Positions 1-13,244 are shown, counted from the first letter of the whole stretch. The stretch is DNA of 63,073 nucleotides, filler included, from Choristocarpus tenellus KU-1152 (GCA_964200185.2; 14 parts of 14 records of this genome joined end to end with filler, not necessarily neighbours in it), one strand, 5' to 3'. The notes: generated by a model from the letters alone, not told the origin. Program-made: numbers and translations.

Positions 1-33
1 GAAAAACTCGTACCCTCTAAGATACTTCCACTC
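1..33 (+). mobile_element. MITE family A, right end only (cut by window start)
   Basis: aaaactcgtaccctctaagatacttccactc matches the family A right TIR. Confidence 0.85.
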
Positions 34-235
34 AGGGGGGTTTGTCCAGGTTGGTCGTCAGATGTGGGGGTGACTGGAAATCAGGGGCGAAGGGGGGTTT
101 GCCCTGGTTGGTCATAAGAGGTGGACGGTGGCTGGAAATCAGTGGCGAAAGGGGTTCGTCCTGGTTGGTCATAAGAGGTGGACGGTGGCTGGAAATCAGT
201 GGTGAAGAGGTCGCACTGGTTGGTCACAAGGGTTG
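34..235. repeat. ~57-bp tandem repeat, ~3.5 copies
   Basis: Unit ~ggggttcgtcctggttggtcataagaggtggacggtggctggaaatcagtggcgaaa; the minus strand reads TDFQPPSTSYDQPG twice. Confidence 0.9.
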
Positions 236-3200
236 TTAGAATGTGGGGAGAAAAGGGAATAGGGAGGAAGACAAATGTAGAAAAAAATAGTAATCCAGAA
301 TTCGTGAGCAAAACAAACCTTCATTTTGCCTCTTTGTCCACAATTGTAAACTTGTAATAATTAGTTGGTGTACTACTACTACTAACTACTATTACCAATA
401 TAGAAAGTTTCAATATTAATAATAATATGGACACAGACTATAGATAGAAGAGTTGTATCGGAGGAATGAGAGAGAGGTTCCAGGACCAATACTCATGGAA
501 ATGATCATCGATGATCCCTGCACATCATCGTGCATGTCACAAAGACAAACGAATGAATGCATACAGTAGCGGAAGTAGTAATTGTGTGTGATGTGTGGGA
601 TATGATACACCACATAAAAACAGTGAAACGCATACCTCCTGCATATAATAGTACAGAACACATCCACACAGAAGGTACAGAGTAAATTCCTTGCATCATT
701 ATTTTCACTCGGTAACACTAATGTTCCAGTCGTTTGTCAAAATGGCATCACTACTAATATTACTGTACAATTCGTTGACTACGAATAATTAGGATCAATG
801 CCGTTGACAACTACAGCAACAAAGTTGGAAGAGAGAGCAAAGGAAAAAAAGAGGAAGTGCAGGTAATAATCACAATGTGCATGCAGCTGTCAGTGTAGTG
901 GTGGTAGCGATAAGCGTTGTAGTACTGGTACTTCAAGTAGCAAGTAGTAGAAATAAGAATGGAACACAAAACACATGTTCACACATAACGGGTGAGGATG
1001 TAACGTAGCATTCATCCATCATCATATTCAGAGAAGCAACGGAAGTGCACACATTTAAACGCTAACAGAGAGGGCACACAAGGACAACATGGCACTACAC
1101 TGGTCCTCATACCAACAAGCTCCTCGTTAGGACAAACTACAGCCTGCATGAGAAAATTCCTGTTTTGTTTTCTCTTTTGGAGCTGAACGTAAAAAAAAAA
1201 TCCAGGAAATCTCACTCTGGATTTCAATGAGCGACGCTGAATTGAAAAGACCCTTTGTTATCTGTGTTGGATGGTATAAATATTATAGAGCGGTACCTTA
1301 TCCTTGACAGACCACCACGACCAATACTGAAATAGACAATCACGAATTTTAGTAGTATATTTTCCTAGTGTGTATTGTGTTAATAACACACTGCTGATGT
1401 TGATCTCCTCCATGTACACCCTCAAGAATCGAACAAAGTGTAACAGTCTAGAAGTGTCATTATAGGAAGTACGACGCTCTTCGCCATCAAATCCTGTATT
1501 CGGTTCTCAGAAGATTTGAAAATTGGCGCATTTTCTTTGACTGTAGGGAGTCATCGAAAGTCCCCCCAAGACACACACACACACACAGGACATGCCCTTT
1601 TTTTCAATTTTCAGGGATTCTCAGAGTATTCCACACACAAACAAATCCATGGCCAGACTCAAACCATTAACCTGGCGACTTGATTTCTCAATTGTGGCCT
1701 AGTTCGCTATTATCTTCGGCAAGAAGGAGTGAATCGTGTAAGAGGGAGGTTAGTTTTGACTCTTTCAACTTTTCAAGGCCTTTTTATTCCTTGTGCAATA
1801 TCAACATGACAATACCCGAAACGAAATTAAACCCTCTTGGGATCATGTGTCCGTAGAAGAAAGTACACTGTGGACACATTGATTGTTAGGCAAAAGCACT
1901 ATCCATAATATTCAAGACAAGTGTACGACAAGGCCGCCATATGGGCACAAAAAAATCATACACACCCCCTCCTCAGATGTGTTGCTATTGTTCATTCCAA
2001 TTTAGGCTGAGTCTGAGGAATTATTAGCTCAACCCTAGCTCCCCCTAACTCATGTTCAGAGGCACTATTACAGTACAAACTGTTGCACTATGACCAAATA
2101 CTCTGCCCCGTCTATGCCTTGATTTTTTCTCACACTCTGAGTTCAGTCATCCCCCCACTCATCACTCCACCTCCTCCCTCCAATTTTATGCAATGCTCAA
2201 CTTAGTCACAACAAAGCCTTGCCGTCACAAATTCAAGCTTTCCATGTTCATTTTGTGTCTAGAACCATACAAGACCGCACGGCTGAACATTCCTGTTGTC
2301 CTCATTATAATCAAAATAAGCATTCCTTGAAAAGAAAATCTCGCGTCAACTTGGTTTAATACCTGCAGTCCAAAATATTTGGGCAGAGATTTTTGAAGGG
2401 GTGGAATGCTTCATATACTACGTATTGTGACTAACTGTCGCACTATGACACACTACGACTAATTGCATGCATTGGGTTCATCCATTCCGTCACTCATCAC
2501 TCCGCCTGCCCTTCCTTACCCTGTGCCAAACCTGCCTTGGGCGTACTCCACAATCAACAATTCCCAAATTCTCAAGGATTCCCATGTCTTGCGGTATAAA
2601 GATGGAAGATTCAATAGTAGAGGTCTACAATCTGTAGCACTTGCTTCGAAACCAGATTTAGGTACCCTCTAGTAATCAGAGACATGATCATTTTCTAGGT
2701 CAGGAGAGTTTCACCTCTAGAGAGTACAGGTAAGAAAGGCAAACGACACTCTCACCCACTTCAAAAAAGTGGTCTTTGTAAAATTTAGGCACATCCTGTT
2801 CACTTCACAACAATAGAGAAGATAACATGTACCTGCTACTCTTGTTGTTGAATTGAGACAAACTAAGCAGCAGTCACCGTACTGCTTTCAATTATGAATG
2901 GATTTGCGTAAGATATCGATACTGAGTTCATACAGATCACTTTTGTCTCCTTGAAATATTTTCTGTGGCCCTGCCAGAGAGTGAGCATTGTCCATCGATT
3001 GGTCATAAACACAACTAAAAACAACCAACACTTGAATATTACAACTCAACATTTCTAGCACTACACAAAACAATGCATTATCTAAACAACAGACTACTTA
3101 GATCAAATAGCAATGTCGTTGTCCTTAGGAACAGACCTTATGATGAACCAAATTGGCTTGAGCATTTCCAAACAACCAACTAGTAGAAGAAGTGACCCTG

Positions 3201-4710
3201 AGGGCTGTCCTGGGCAGCAAAGGTTTTGTAGCAGATTAGTTCAACTAATATCCAGAATGATGGACATTACAGAGCAAATACTGCGGAACATTTGCTGGAA
3301 GACAGACAATTTAAACGTAGAGCAAATGGACTCAAACATTCGTTCAATAACGAATATAACGTGAGTACATGGATGTGTATATTTCCTTCTTGCGTCATTT
3401 CTTCTTCTACAGCAAGCTTCTCCCATTTCTCACCTTCTTTGCTCTAAAAAAAATCACATCAAAGAAAACAACCCAAAAGTGGGTCACTCACGGAGTAAGA
3501 ATTGAGCTAACAGAACCAAATGCTGTTCGGGATAATGGACATTATAGAGCAATGGGTGCGAAAGTTTGGTGGATAGCATAGACAGTAGTAGAAGTTATAT
3601 CGCAAAGCACACCAAACCTTCCTCTGAAAACCGAATATATATACGAGCCTTGTGCTAGGGATTGGATGTTTATAAATAGAGTAAATGACAACAACAGGCG
3701 GTATAGAGCTACTGGTCCCTGAACATTGCCTCAAGAAGGGATAGATGCCACTGAGAAAAACAGCTCATAACAAGTGTAATAGATACAGACTGCTGGTAGG
3801 TCAAATATGCCCAAATCTTTTAGGTTAGCATTAACTTTGAACTCCTTATTGTGTTGTTGTGCTAGGGGTGATCATGTATCATTCAAAATATATACCATTA
3901 CCACCTAGATTATCATTGTGGGACTTTAACTGAAGTAACAGCACAAAACTATAATGGCAGTCACAAAGGAGTATATAATCATTTTCGACAGTCATGTTGA
4001 GACTTTCTTTTTGTTAACAGCACAATGAATTTGACTTCAAGTTTTCTTCATTCACCAGTGTAACAGGTGCCAAGCAAGAAATACTATTATATTCAAAAAG
4101 GTGAATTATTTCAAACAGGACAGACACGCCCGACATATGCAAATGCTTCAAGGTATGACAGTTAACCAATTAATTGTGAGAGTCAAAATACTCTTGAGTG
4201 CTTGAAACATATATTTTCGCCACAACAAAGTCTATTGGTAGGGTACTTTTCAAAAAGTGTAAGCAAAAAGTATCGTAGCAAACGAAAAAACTCGTCCAAC
4301 CTACACCCCGAGGCACTCGACCCACACTTAATTCTCTGAACACAATCTCGGAAATGAGATACCATATCTCTTGCCTTCCCGACAAGTATATTTCCCCTAT
4401 GTTGTGCGAGATGTTCCGCATACATACTTGAAATAGAGCACACTATACGAATCTGGGAAAATATTCGAATGGACGTTTCTACTACCATGACCAAATTGAA
4501 GGGAACTCATCGTCATTACTTCAGCGTCACATCTGATCCCGCAAACTGTTGTATCACTTCCTGAAGTTTTTATACCCAAGCAATGTTCTGCTGCTCGGTA
4601 TACCTGTGTTGACCTTCGATCATAACTGCCACCGCCAAAAAACCTGAACTGATCAGCAACGTTTATGATTTCTCGAATCAACAAGGTTGCATGGCGCGGT
4701 TGGTTTTTCA

Positions 4711-4863
4711 TCACTTGCGACCAGGCGTTGGAGCCAGGGCCTGTGCTGGGGCTTGAGAAGGGGTGAATTGTCCTTGACCAGAAGGATTGCTATAGTATGT
4801 CGACCCATTGGGATTCTGGTAGTAGTAAGAGCTGTCAGCGTTGTCGTAGCGGTACGAGATCCC
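4711..4863 (-). CDS. Probable terminal exon or fragment of a small Tyr/Ser/Asn-rich protein
   Basis: SYRYDNADSSYYYQNPNGSTYYSNPSGQGQFTP resembles, from recall, small uncharacterised proteins with a YYYxNPNGSTY motif. No start was identified and a repeat abuts the 5' side. Confidence 0.4.
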   Translation of the reverse strand, partial: GISYRYDNADSSYYYQNPNGSTYYSNPSGQGQFTPSQAPAQALAPTPGRK

Positions 4864-4864
4864 T

Positions 4865-4932
4865 ATCGAATAACCTAGTGTTATCCTTGCGCTATATGTG
4901 CTGATCCAAGTAAACAACATAGCTTACATGTA
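4865..4932 (-). repeat. Interspersed repeat shared with 5653-5720
   Basis: Reverse complement ctatgttgtttacttggatcagcacatatagcgcaaggataacactaggttattcga aligns to ctatgttgtatacttgtgtcagcacaaacaacgtaaggataacactaggttattcga at the start of the next contig. Confidence 0.8.
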
Positions 4933-5395
4933 CGTTGATCTTTAGTTTAGTACAATACAAGGTTGTTACGTACACAGCGGTATGTTATGGTGAGTCAATG
5001 GGACATTACAAATGGTATAGTGGGACAATAGCATCAAGTGGACAATACTCTGCGTATAATTATTAATTCAGTGTGTGCTTTACCATGTAATTCAACGGCT
5101 AGCTTCCGGCGACGAACCTTACGTGTGCCAAGCTTTTCAACAACCCCACCTTGACTGATGTGCGAAGTATACTGGGTCAGCGGAGCACGCTAGACTACAG
5201 TATTAGTGTTAGGTCAGAGTATTGTAACTAGGAATACCAAGGATTGGGTTGATGTGGTTCTCCAAAAAAAAGCTTGCACAACCATATCAAGGTGGCCCCC
5301 CCTTGATCGCACGGACCAATAGCATGTGATCCGGAGTAGTAGATAACAGCACGGTAGAAAGTCCACCCTTTTCGAAGAGGTTGGTCGATTTCTTT

Positions 5396-5552
5396 GACCC
5401 AAAGCATCTGGGAGGGGGAGGAGGTCTACACCAGGGTGTCCATTTTACCCAAAATCACGAAAAGTGCACTTACATTATCCATCCGACGTATGCAACCAAA
5501 TCACCCAAAAATAGAAAAAAAAAAAAATTGAACCCAAATGGACAGCCGCCAC
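5396..5552 (+). mobile_element. MITE family B, truncated by contig end
   Basis: gacccaaagcatctggg...gtgtccatttt...atccgacgtatgcaaccaaatcaccc...caaatggacagccgccac; matches the full copy at 36396. Confidence 0.9.
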
Positions 5553-5652
5553 NNNNNNNNNNNNNNNNNNNNNNNNNNNNNNNNNNNNNNNNNNNNTTAA
5601 TTAATTAANNNNNNNNNNNNNNNNNNNNNNNNNNNNNNNNNNNNNNNNNNNN
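5553..5652. other. Artificial contig linker (N44-TTAATTAATTAA-N44); first of 13
   Basis: Identical 100-bp spacers with six-frame stops at 5553-5652, 11692-11791, 15365-15464, 18313-18412, 21510-21609, 25256-25355, 31254-31353, 34223-34322, 39362-39461, 45431-45530, 50143-50242, 56779-56878 and 60261-60360. A separate 10-N scaffold gap lies at 18886-18895. Confidence 0.98.
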
Positions 5653-5853
5653 TACGTATAACCTATGTTGTATACTTGTGTCAGCACAAACAACGTAAGG
5701 ATAACACTAGGTTATTCGACAAAGTCCAGCTTTGATTGTAACGATTCACCTATCATGTAAATGCATGTGCGTAGGGTCGTTTCTGACGCAACAACAGTTT
5801 GTGCCTTGCGAGACACACACTCATGGCATACACGTAATTTACATGCCCACTCT

Positions 5854-6110
5854 GATCCAAAGTATCTTTGAGGGTAGAGCCGTGTCCATTTGGGGGCCAA
5901 CATCCAGTGTTGGATTTTGATGTAATATTGGCTATCTTGTTTGTTAGGGGATGTCAATATCCTTGTTCTGGACACGCTTCTTAATAACGTACACATTTTA
6001 CCTACTCCTAAACTTTCGGAGTTGGAAAGTGTAAAAAAAATCCTTATGGGAAGGCAAGCCCTAAATGGACAAACAGGACAAAACTCGTACACTCTAAGAT
6101 CCTTTCACTC
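5854..6110 (+). mobile_element. MITE family A (Sola2-like non-autonomous DNA transposon), full length
   Basis: TIRs gatccaaagtatctttgagggta / tacactctaagatcctttcactc; flanks share tct (3 bp only). Confidence 0.9.
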
Positions 6111-7240
6111 TCTCCATGCACTCCTCTGTGACCGTTCTCCACCACTCTAAGGGACATCCGGAACAAACGACCCCAGAGCGACCCGGACGAAGAAAAGCCA
6201 AAGAGGAAACGGGGGAAGGGAAAGAAGATCAGACCAAAGGAGGGCGATCCTAATTTTCAGTCCGCCGCCCAGGCCAAGGAGGAATGGGCATGGCAACCTG
6301 AGAAACTCAAAGTTGCGTACGCGAGGAGGATGCACCCCAAGGATGTCTTCATCAAAGGAGCTATCCTGGAGGTCGCTGTGTAGGTCATGAACGACCTCAA
6401 GAGGAAAGACGAGCTCGGGATGGACCCCAACGCCGAAGGCTCCTCCACTGGGTCTTCAGAAAACCCTGCTCCAAAGAAATAATACGTCCAGTCTGAAAAG
6501 TATCCGAGGGAGTGTCAGGTTTCTCCTCTTGTCTGTTGTTCGTATTAGCATTGGTAAGAAGTCACTTCACAGCAACCTCTCTGACCCCGGACATTAACTT
6601 TACCCCATAGAATTGGAAGGTGAAAAGGAACCTTGTGCTGCGGGAGGTGGACAAGGTTGATCTGTTCCTCGACATCATCAAATACTCCGAGGGCATTACC
6701 CTGAACGCCAGTGGCGAGCACGAAGGCAACCAACGACAACATCGTACAACATCACCACATGTGTACATCACACATCCTTCCCTACGCCAAACACACGGTC
6801 TCATCTCTCGCACGTTTTACCAAGCTTGGCAATTTCACACGATAAAATAACATAGGGTTCTTGTGTCTCACGCATGCTCCAAAGATGCTCATCGAATAGA
6901 TATATTCCTCATTTCAATGTCATGGTTCATTCCATATCATCCTACCCTGCCTGCTTTTTGTCCATGTGACATTCATTGCTGGTCACATGGAGCTATGGGC
7001 TCTAAAAAAATGCCCAAATCTCTTGAATCACTATAAATCCTTTGCTTCCTCCTTTCCCTCACCCTTTGCCTCATCCTTTGCCTCCTACTTCGCCTCGTCG
7101 TTTGCCTCCTTGTGTACCGTAACAGAGGTCAGCCGAGTCACATGCATTATCATTACCCCAGACAACAATACCAAGTCCGAACGCGACCTTCATGACTTCA
7201 AGGTAGAAACCGTGTCACCCACGAGAACACTGTCGCGAAT

Positions 7241-8859
7241 ATGCAGACCCATCCAGTAGGCATCGTTATTACATGCACTGTCCTCGTCGACAATCACGAG
7301 CCGGATCGTATCCAACTCCTGATCGACAACCTCTCCAGCTTGTGCGATTTTACACTCTCTAAGGCACCAGCAGAGGATGGCGTCTCTACACCTGGAGATA
7401 GTGGAAGACTCGACCCTGATAGTGATGAAGAGGGACAGGAGATGCCATTGCCTAACCCAACAGAAGGTGGGAGGAACGGGATACACTATGGGGGCAGCCT
7501 GGCAACCCCAACCTCGGAACACAACTCTACTGGTGATAGGGACCGATCTGGTTCTAGTGTTTTGTCATCTTCAGATAAAGATGTCGAGGAAGACGTGGGG
7601 GAGGTGCTAGACACGGGATCAGAGTTCATCCCCGGGGGGATGATCCTGGAATGTCCCCAATCGTCCATGCAGTGAGTAGCAGCGGGGACGAGTCCATGAA
7701 TCTAGACCCAATGGGTAAAAGGAAGAGGAATGACGAGGTTAGGGAGCAAAGTGGGACCTCCATCCATGCCGAGTCAATGGAACCTACGGTTGCAAGGAAA
7801 TCATCAGGTTCTACTCTGAGAGACAAGCCCTCGGCAAAGAAGGCAAAACTTGACAAGACTAAAAAGTGAAAGTATATTAGAGGGTACGAATTTTGCCCTG
7901 TTTGTCCATATGGGGCTTGGCTTCCCTTGGGTTTTTATGATATTTTCCTGCTCCAAAATATTTCGCAGTAGTAAAATAAATACGTTATGATATGTGTGTC
8001 CGGAACAAGGATATTGACACATCCTAACCAACATGACAGCCAAAATTACATCAAAATTGCAATATTGGATTTTAGCCCCAAATGGACGCGACTCTACCCT
8101 CTAAGATACCTTGGCTATAAAACTTTGGTCAATAGGAAGAAGAGGTCGGCAACAGCTGTTGGACGGATCAGATCCTTCAAACAGCCTCGTGTGCAAATGG
8201 TGGGCGTGAACGACAACAAAGCTTTTTCAGGAACATATTCGCTTCTGCCTGTACGAACAGAGAGGCCGAAACAGCAGCGACAGACAAAAGAATGCATCAG
8301 AGAGACACAATGGTCACAGAAGGTTCAGATACCGCGGTCCAAGATGAAGATGGGGACAGTTCCCACACATGGTGATGACCCCTGCGCCACACAGCAATCG
8401 ATCAACTCCAGCAGTCCAACCATCGTGGGAATTACAAAAGCTTTCATGTAGGCATGCGTGACGGAACTCCTCTGATCGGCCACAAAACCTGCATCTTCGT
8501 AGTACCATGTCCAGAAACAGATCCTAACCCAGGTCATATGCGACCATGGGTTCAGACAAGTCAAGGTCAGCAGAGCGGCCAAAATTCATGTCCAAGGGGA
8601 TCAATGTTACATACATGAGGAAAACCTCAGAAACCTGAGTGGTGATGGAGGGAAACCCAAGAGCATGTTGTGTGTGGAGGATGTGGAAGGCCTCCGTGCA
8701 AGGAAAGCCATATTCCTGAGCCTGGTGAAGCCAGAACCGTGGAATGAGAGGTATTCCTAGCGACTCAACCTGTGGCACCAACTATCTGAGGCTTACCCAA
8801 AACTTGAAGAGTGGTGGGAGAAGGGTGAGGAGTGCCAATTCCAATACGCCCATCAATAA
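7241..8859 (+). pseudogene. Decayed long ORF of unknown function, interrupted by MITE A
   Basis: Acidic and basic low-complexity coding-like sequence (ORFs 7241-7675, 7651-7869, 7987-8451). Removing the MITE plus one TSD joins ...AKLDKTK|TLVNRKK... in frame, and that frame continues with scattered stops to ~8859. Confidence 0.5.
7864..8117 (-). mobile_element. MITE family A, full length
   Basis: TIRs aagtgaaagtatattagagggta / taccctctaagataccttggcta; perfect 4-bp TSD taaa. Confidence 0.92.
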
Positions 8860-9589
8860 AAATAGTCTAGTTTGTTTCATATTTTTCTTGAAGTACGGGT
8901 CGCATTACTTGTGTCTGATCCGATGGGTTATGCATTCCACAGTGGTATCGGATACATGCGGACCAGTCAGAGGTGTCAGTGCATCATATATGATACTCAT
9001 CTTGAGGGTTAGAATTATGTTGTGTTCTTTTTTTAACAAAGTTTGTCCAATCCAAGGTTCAGAATGCTAAATATATCCTGTTTTATAACCAACTCTTCTC
9101 GTTCTTTTCGGATAAGTTTCCAAACACTTCGCCAAGGCCTGCATTAGATACCTTATCTTCTTACCAGCCGCTAATTATTCTCTTAACCCAACCTAGCTCC
9201 CCTCTACTTCTCATTGGTCCATGAACCATCTCATGCTTTGCCCAAGTCTCGACAAACGAGGGTCGATTTCGTCTCCCTTTAAATATACAAGGAACATTCC
9301 CCGAAGTCCATGTCCGATACTCCTAACCACAGCACTAACCCTGAGCCTACCACAAACACGTACCATGAATTCGACGAATGGCCTGGATCGCCACCCCCGC
9401 ACAATAACACTAACAATAAACCTTACCCTGACCCTTACACTGAGCCCATCTGCATCCCATGGCAACCTAAAATCGCCATGCGTTTTACCCAAATTCCGTA
9501 CCAGTGCCATGGTCGACCTTCCTCACCCTAACCTAACCCTACCTCGTCAGGATTTAATCAACCCACTAAACCAACCTCAGAACCAAGGA

Positions 9590-10245
9590 CAGTACATTTT
9601 TACATCCTTCACGCGAAACATAGGACAACAGACCTTGACCAACAGCCCTGTTTGAACACATTGAAAATCCGACACATGCTATCAAAGAAACACTACTCTA
9701 ACCCGAAAACAAAGGATGGCATATTTTCCCTTTCTTCATGCCAACACTGGGACAACAGACCCTAACCGACAGCCCTGCTTTGTGTACATACCAAATCCGA
9801 CTCATGCAACCAAAGAAACAATAAACTATCCTATAAAACAAAACCTAAAACAAAACCCCAAAACAAACAATGGTCTGTTTTACCATTCTTCCCGCTAGCA
9901 CTGGGACAACAGACCCTAACCGACAGCCCTCTTTGTGTACATACCAAATCCCACTCAAACAACCAAACAAACATTAAACTAACCCAAAAACAAACCATGG
10001 CATATTTTTCGTTCTTCATGCGAACTATAGGACCAACATATACCCCATCCAATAACCCTGTTTGAACACATTCAAAATCCGACACATGCACTCGTCGAAA
10101 CTCCAAACCAACCCCCAAAAAATGGCGGCATATTTTCCCATTCTTCGTGCGTACGTAAGGACAGAACGGACCCTAACCAACAGCCCTCTTTTATTTCCTC
10201 ACATTGGAAATCCGACACGTGCAACCAAATCACACCAAAATGGGA
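9590..10245 (+). repeat. Diverged tandem array, 5 units of ~130-150 bp
   Basis: Recurring atatttt..ttcttc..gc..ggacaacagaccctaacc.acagccct...aaatccgacacatgc...accaaa near 9590, 9721, 9876, 10003 and 10131. Confidence 0.85.
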
Positions 10246-11638
10246 AACATCATAATGAAATAACTGACCCCATAAAAAACAAAGTTTCAAGTCTACCACT
10301 AGGTAAGAGATGGAGACTTCAGGTGAGTCATAGATGTTATTTTTTATTTTCGGGTGCCATGATCCCCTGACATGATGTAATGACCGTACATTCACCCCGT
10401 ATCGTTTTTTAGAGAGTTGAGCCACCAACGTTGCACGTCCAAGTTGTCCACTTGGAATATTGTAGTAGTCATGAACAATATTCCAATCGTTGTCAGAATT
10501 TGAGGAAGGAGGATGGGTGTACACATTTGATCTGGTCATCTGGTGTGTTGATATTGATCATGTAACACCATGTAACACACTATGTTGTTTTCACACATCA
10601 GAGTGGTGATCAAAATCATTGTACAAAACTCGTATATCATATGTAAGATCACAAACACTAGTCAATGTTTGATTGACATCGTATAGCGTTAGCTCCTCAT
10701 ATCCCCATTCTGGGTATCCTCTGTCTTACACAAGGTCATAGAGACCTATATGCTGGCCACATATACCTCTCACCTCGACGCTAGGCTGATTGATATGCTG
10801 ACTTCATACTCTCAGACCTCGTAAGATTGATTAGTATGATGACCACATACCATCAAACTTAGGCTAGTGTTATCCTGATCAGATATTCATTAATGCCTCG
10901 TTAATAAATTTATACTTCGTTCAGTATTAATGGAATCGTGTCAGCGCAATAGTATACTAGAAGTCGTACATGTTTCCCATTTTTCTCCCAGAGCTCACTT
11001 TTTGGTTGACCGTGAATCATGTTTACATGACTTCAAGGCGGATCAGAAGGGGGGGTAATGTATAAAGCAGACTTGTCTGTTGTTATACCGTTATTCCTGT
11101 ATGTCATATACCATTATACCTTTCGAGATTGTTTTCTGAGGACTTTGGTTCAACTGTAGTCTCACTCTCAAGTTCTCGATTTGAGAAGATAAAATTTCTA
11201 TGATCACGGTGTGCAATGAGTTATTTCCGGAGTGTACTGGATGGAATATATCAGTAGACAGACGTAAATCGTGATTTAACTGTTTTTGCACTCTTCTCCA
11301 TAAGTTTTTTTTTTCTGCCAGTTTGTATTTTGCTGAATCAAACAACTGAGAGGTAGGCAGAGTTGCATTTTATTGACCCTAAGAAAGTGCAGAAATATGT
11401 CATTTTGTACAATTCCAGAAAGGGCATTTGCTGGATTGTGATCTCACTTTGTGTATGGAAAGGGGGGGGATCATTTTTGCGTACACTATTGTGCACATAA
11501 AGCAATGAAATAGAGTGTATTGCATAGGGTGAGAAACATGACTTTGACCACAAAATAGCCCAAACCTGCCTCTAAATTGGTTTGGGTCACTCGGTAACTC
11601 AATGTATTCCCATTCCAGATGACTTATTTATTACTAGA

Positions 11639-11691
11639 GACCCAAAGTATCTGGGGGGGGGGGGGGGGTCTACCCCAGCATGTCCATTTGG
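11639..11691 (+). mobile_element. MITE family B, left end, truncated by contig end
   Basis: gacccaaagtatct-polyG-tctaccccagcatgtccatttgg. Confidence 0.85.
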
Positions 11692-11939
11692 NNNNNNNNN
11701 NNNNNNNNNNNNNNNNNNNNNNNNNNNNNNNNNNNTTAATTAATTAANNNNNNNNNNNNNNNNNNNNNNNNNNNNNNNNNNNNNNNNNNNNGGGGGTGGG
11801 GGCAGGGAAGAAAAAAAAAGGGGGGGGAAACAGAATTGTTCGATATTGATCCAATCAAATTTAATCAAAAAACAGAGCCCGTTGGGTAGCCAACCCCAAA
11901 AGAGGAAAGAGGGACAATGAGATGCTCCATAACTCTTAT

Positions 11940-11976
<37 letters not shown>

Positions 11977-12372
11977 TATATGTATGTGTGTATATATCAT
12001 ATATATATATCTGTGTGTGTGTGTTACCCTGTATTTCTCGAGTTTTTTTTTGTTACATTTTTTTTCTTTCACTGTCTCGTTAAAATTATTTTATTATCTA
12101 TATATATATATGTAACCACCAAGGTTGACTGCTAAGAGTTGGGATCGTTTTTTTGATATCTTTTTTGGGGGGGGTTGACAAGTCACTAGTAAAATTTCTT
12201 AAAATTTGTACTTTTTTTCTTCTTTTCAGAAAGTAATAAAAGAAAAAAGTAAATATTACTTTACCTCTCTCTCTCTGTCTCTCTCTTAATTTTTTTAATG
12301 TGACAAAATCACCTCACGGTTCGATCCCCCAACTATTATTATTATTATCTTGTGTGCACACACCTTGATCAG

Positions 12373-12492
12373 GCGTTGGGGTGGGAATACACTGAAGCGA
12401 CAGTACGTTTGGTTGCAGAGTATAGAAAGAAGTTTCCGGAACTGTTCCACGGCTTGGCGCGCTCAGGGGGTGAACGGTTCTATGATGCACAA
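12373..12492 (+). CDS. XRN1: 5'-3' exoribonuclease 1, internal exon (C-terminal half)
   Basis: ag|...|gtgagt exon encoding ALGWEYTEATVRLVAEYRKKFPELFHGLARSGGERFYDAQ, which matches the XRN1 pattern GWEYSxxAxxLxxEYxxKFPExF. Confidence 0.75.
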
Positions 12493-12624
12493 GTGAGTGT
12501 TGACTATGCTAATATTATTATGTTTTGTCATCATTAGGAGTACATGCGTCTGTCTTTGTGACTGTGGTGTATGTTGTGTATTACTATTTTTATTATATAT
12601 TACTATTTTTAGTATTGTAATTTG

Positions 12625-12682
12625 TAGTAGAGTAGTAGTAGTAGTAATAGTAGTAGTGGTAGTAGTAGTAGTAGTAGTAGTG

Positions 12683-12716
<34 letters not shown>

Positions 12717-12718
12717 CA
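12625..12718. repeat. (GTA)n microsatellite in XRN1 intron
   Basis: Direct reading of the sequence. Confidence 0.95.
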
Positions 12719-13143
12719 GTGTGTGTGATTTTTGTGGGGGGGGTTGAGTTATCATAATTATTCAAAAAAATGTTTTTACATTTTTGTTTTGCTCTAGTTA
12801 TTTTTTATATATTTCTGTGCTTGTGGTGTGAGGTGCGACTCAGTGGATGTGTGGGGGTCGGGGAGGGGGGCTATTTTAATATCTGTTTAATTGGTGTGTT
12901 GTAAATATTTTACTTCAAATTTTGTTCATCATTTTTCATGATATTTAATTATTTATTTTATGAAGGGGACATTTTTCAAGAAAAGAGTGTTCTCATTCCT
13001 CCTGACAATATATGCTTTCTTTACATGTATTTTTTTATGTAAAGTTTTTTTTTTTCAATAGTTGAAATCTCATGTACATACTGTGAACCAGTCTTTTTTA
13101 CTTGTGTGTAAAAAAATAAAATTACGATGATTTCGTGTTGAAG

Positions 13144-13244
13144 TTCCTCCTAGGACGGAATGGGTTGCGTGTTCTGGAGGAGATCTCTCAGTGGCTGCAA
13201 GGACTGGAAACATGTGGCATGCAGAGGGTACCCCTCACCACATC
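13144..13244 (+). CDS. XRN1: XRN1, next exon
   Basis: ttgaag|TTC...ACATC|gtgagt encodes FLLGRNGLRVLEEISQWLQGLETCGMQRVPLTT. It is in phase with the previous exon and fits XRN1 LxEIxxWLxxL...RVP. Confidence 0.7.

Noticed and set aside
5597-5608. Recurrent TTAATTAATTAA palindrome
   Set aside because: Always centred in N runs of fixed length; it is a concatenation linker, not biology.
5712-6150. Recurring peptides such as PKWTRLYPLRYF and KSPKNRDMKKL in many ORFs
   Set aside because: These are translations of MITE A and B copies with inconsistent frames, not a protein family.
9590-10245. CRISPR-like repeat-spacer appearance
   Set aside because: Whole units are homologous and diverged, there are no unique spacers or cas genes, and the context is eukaryotic.
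12318-12331. tRNA T-loop motif ggttcgatccc
   Set aside because: No acceptor, D or anticodon stems around it.
12463-12765. Poly-Thr and poly-Val ORFs
   Set aside because: Products of an intronic (GTA)n microsatellite.
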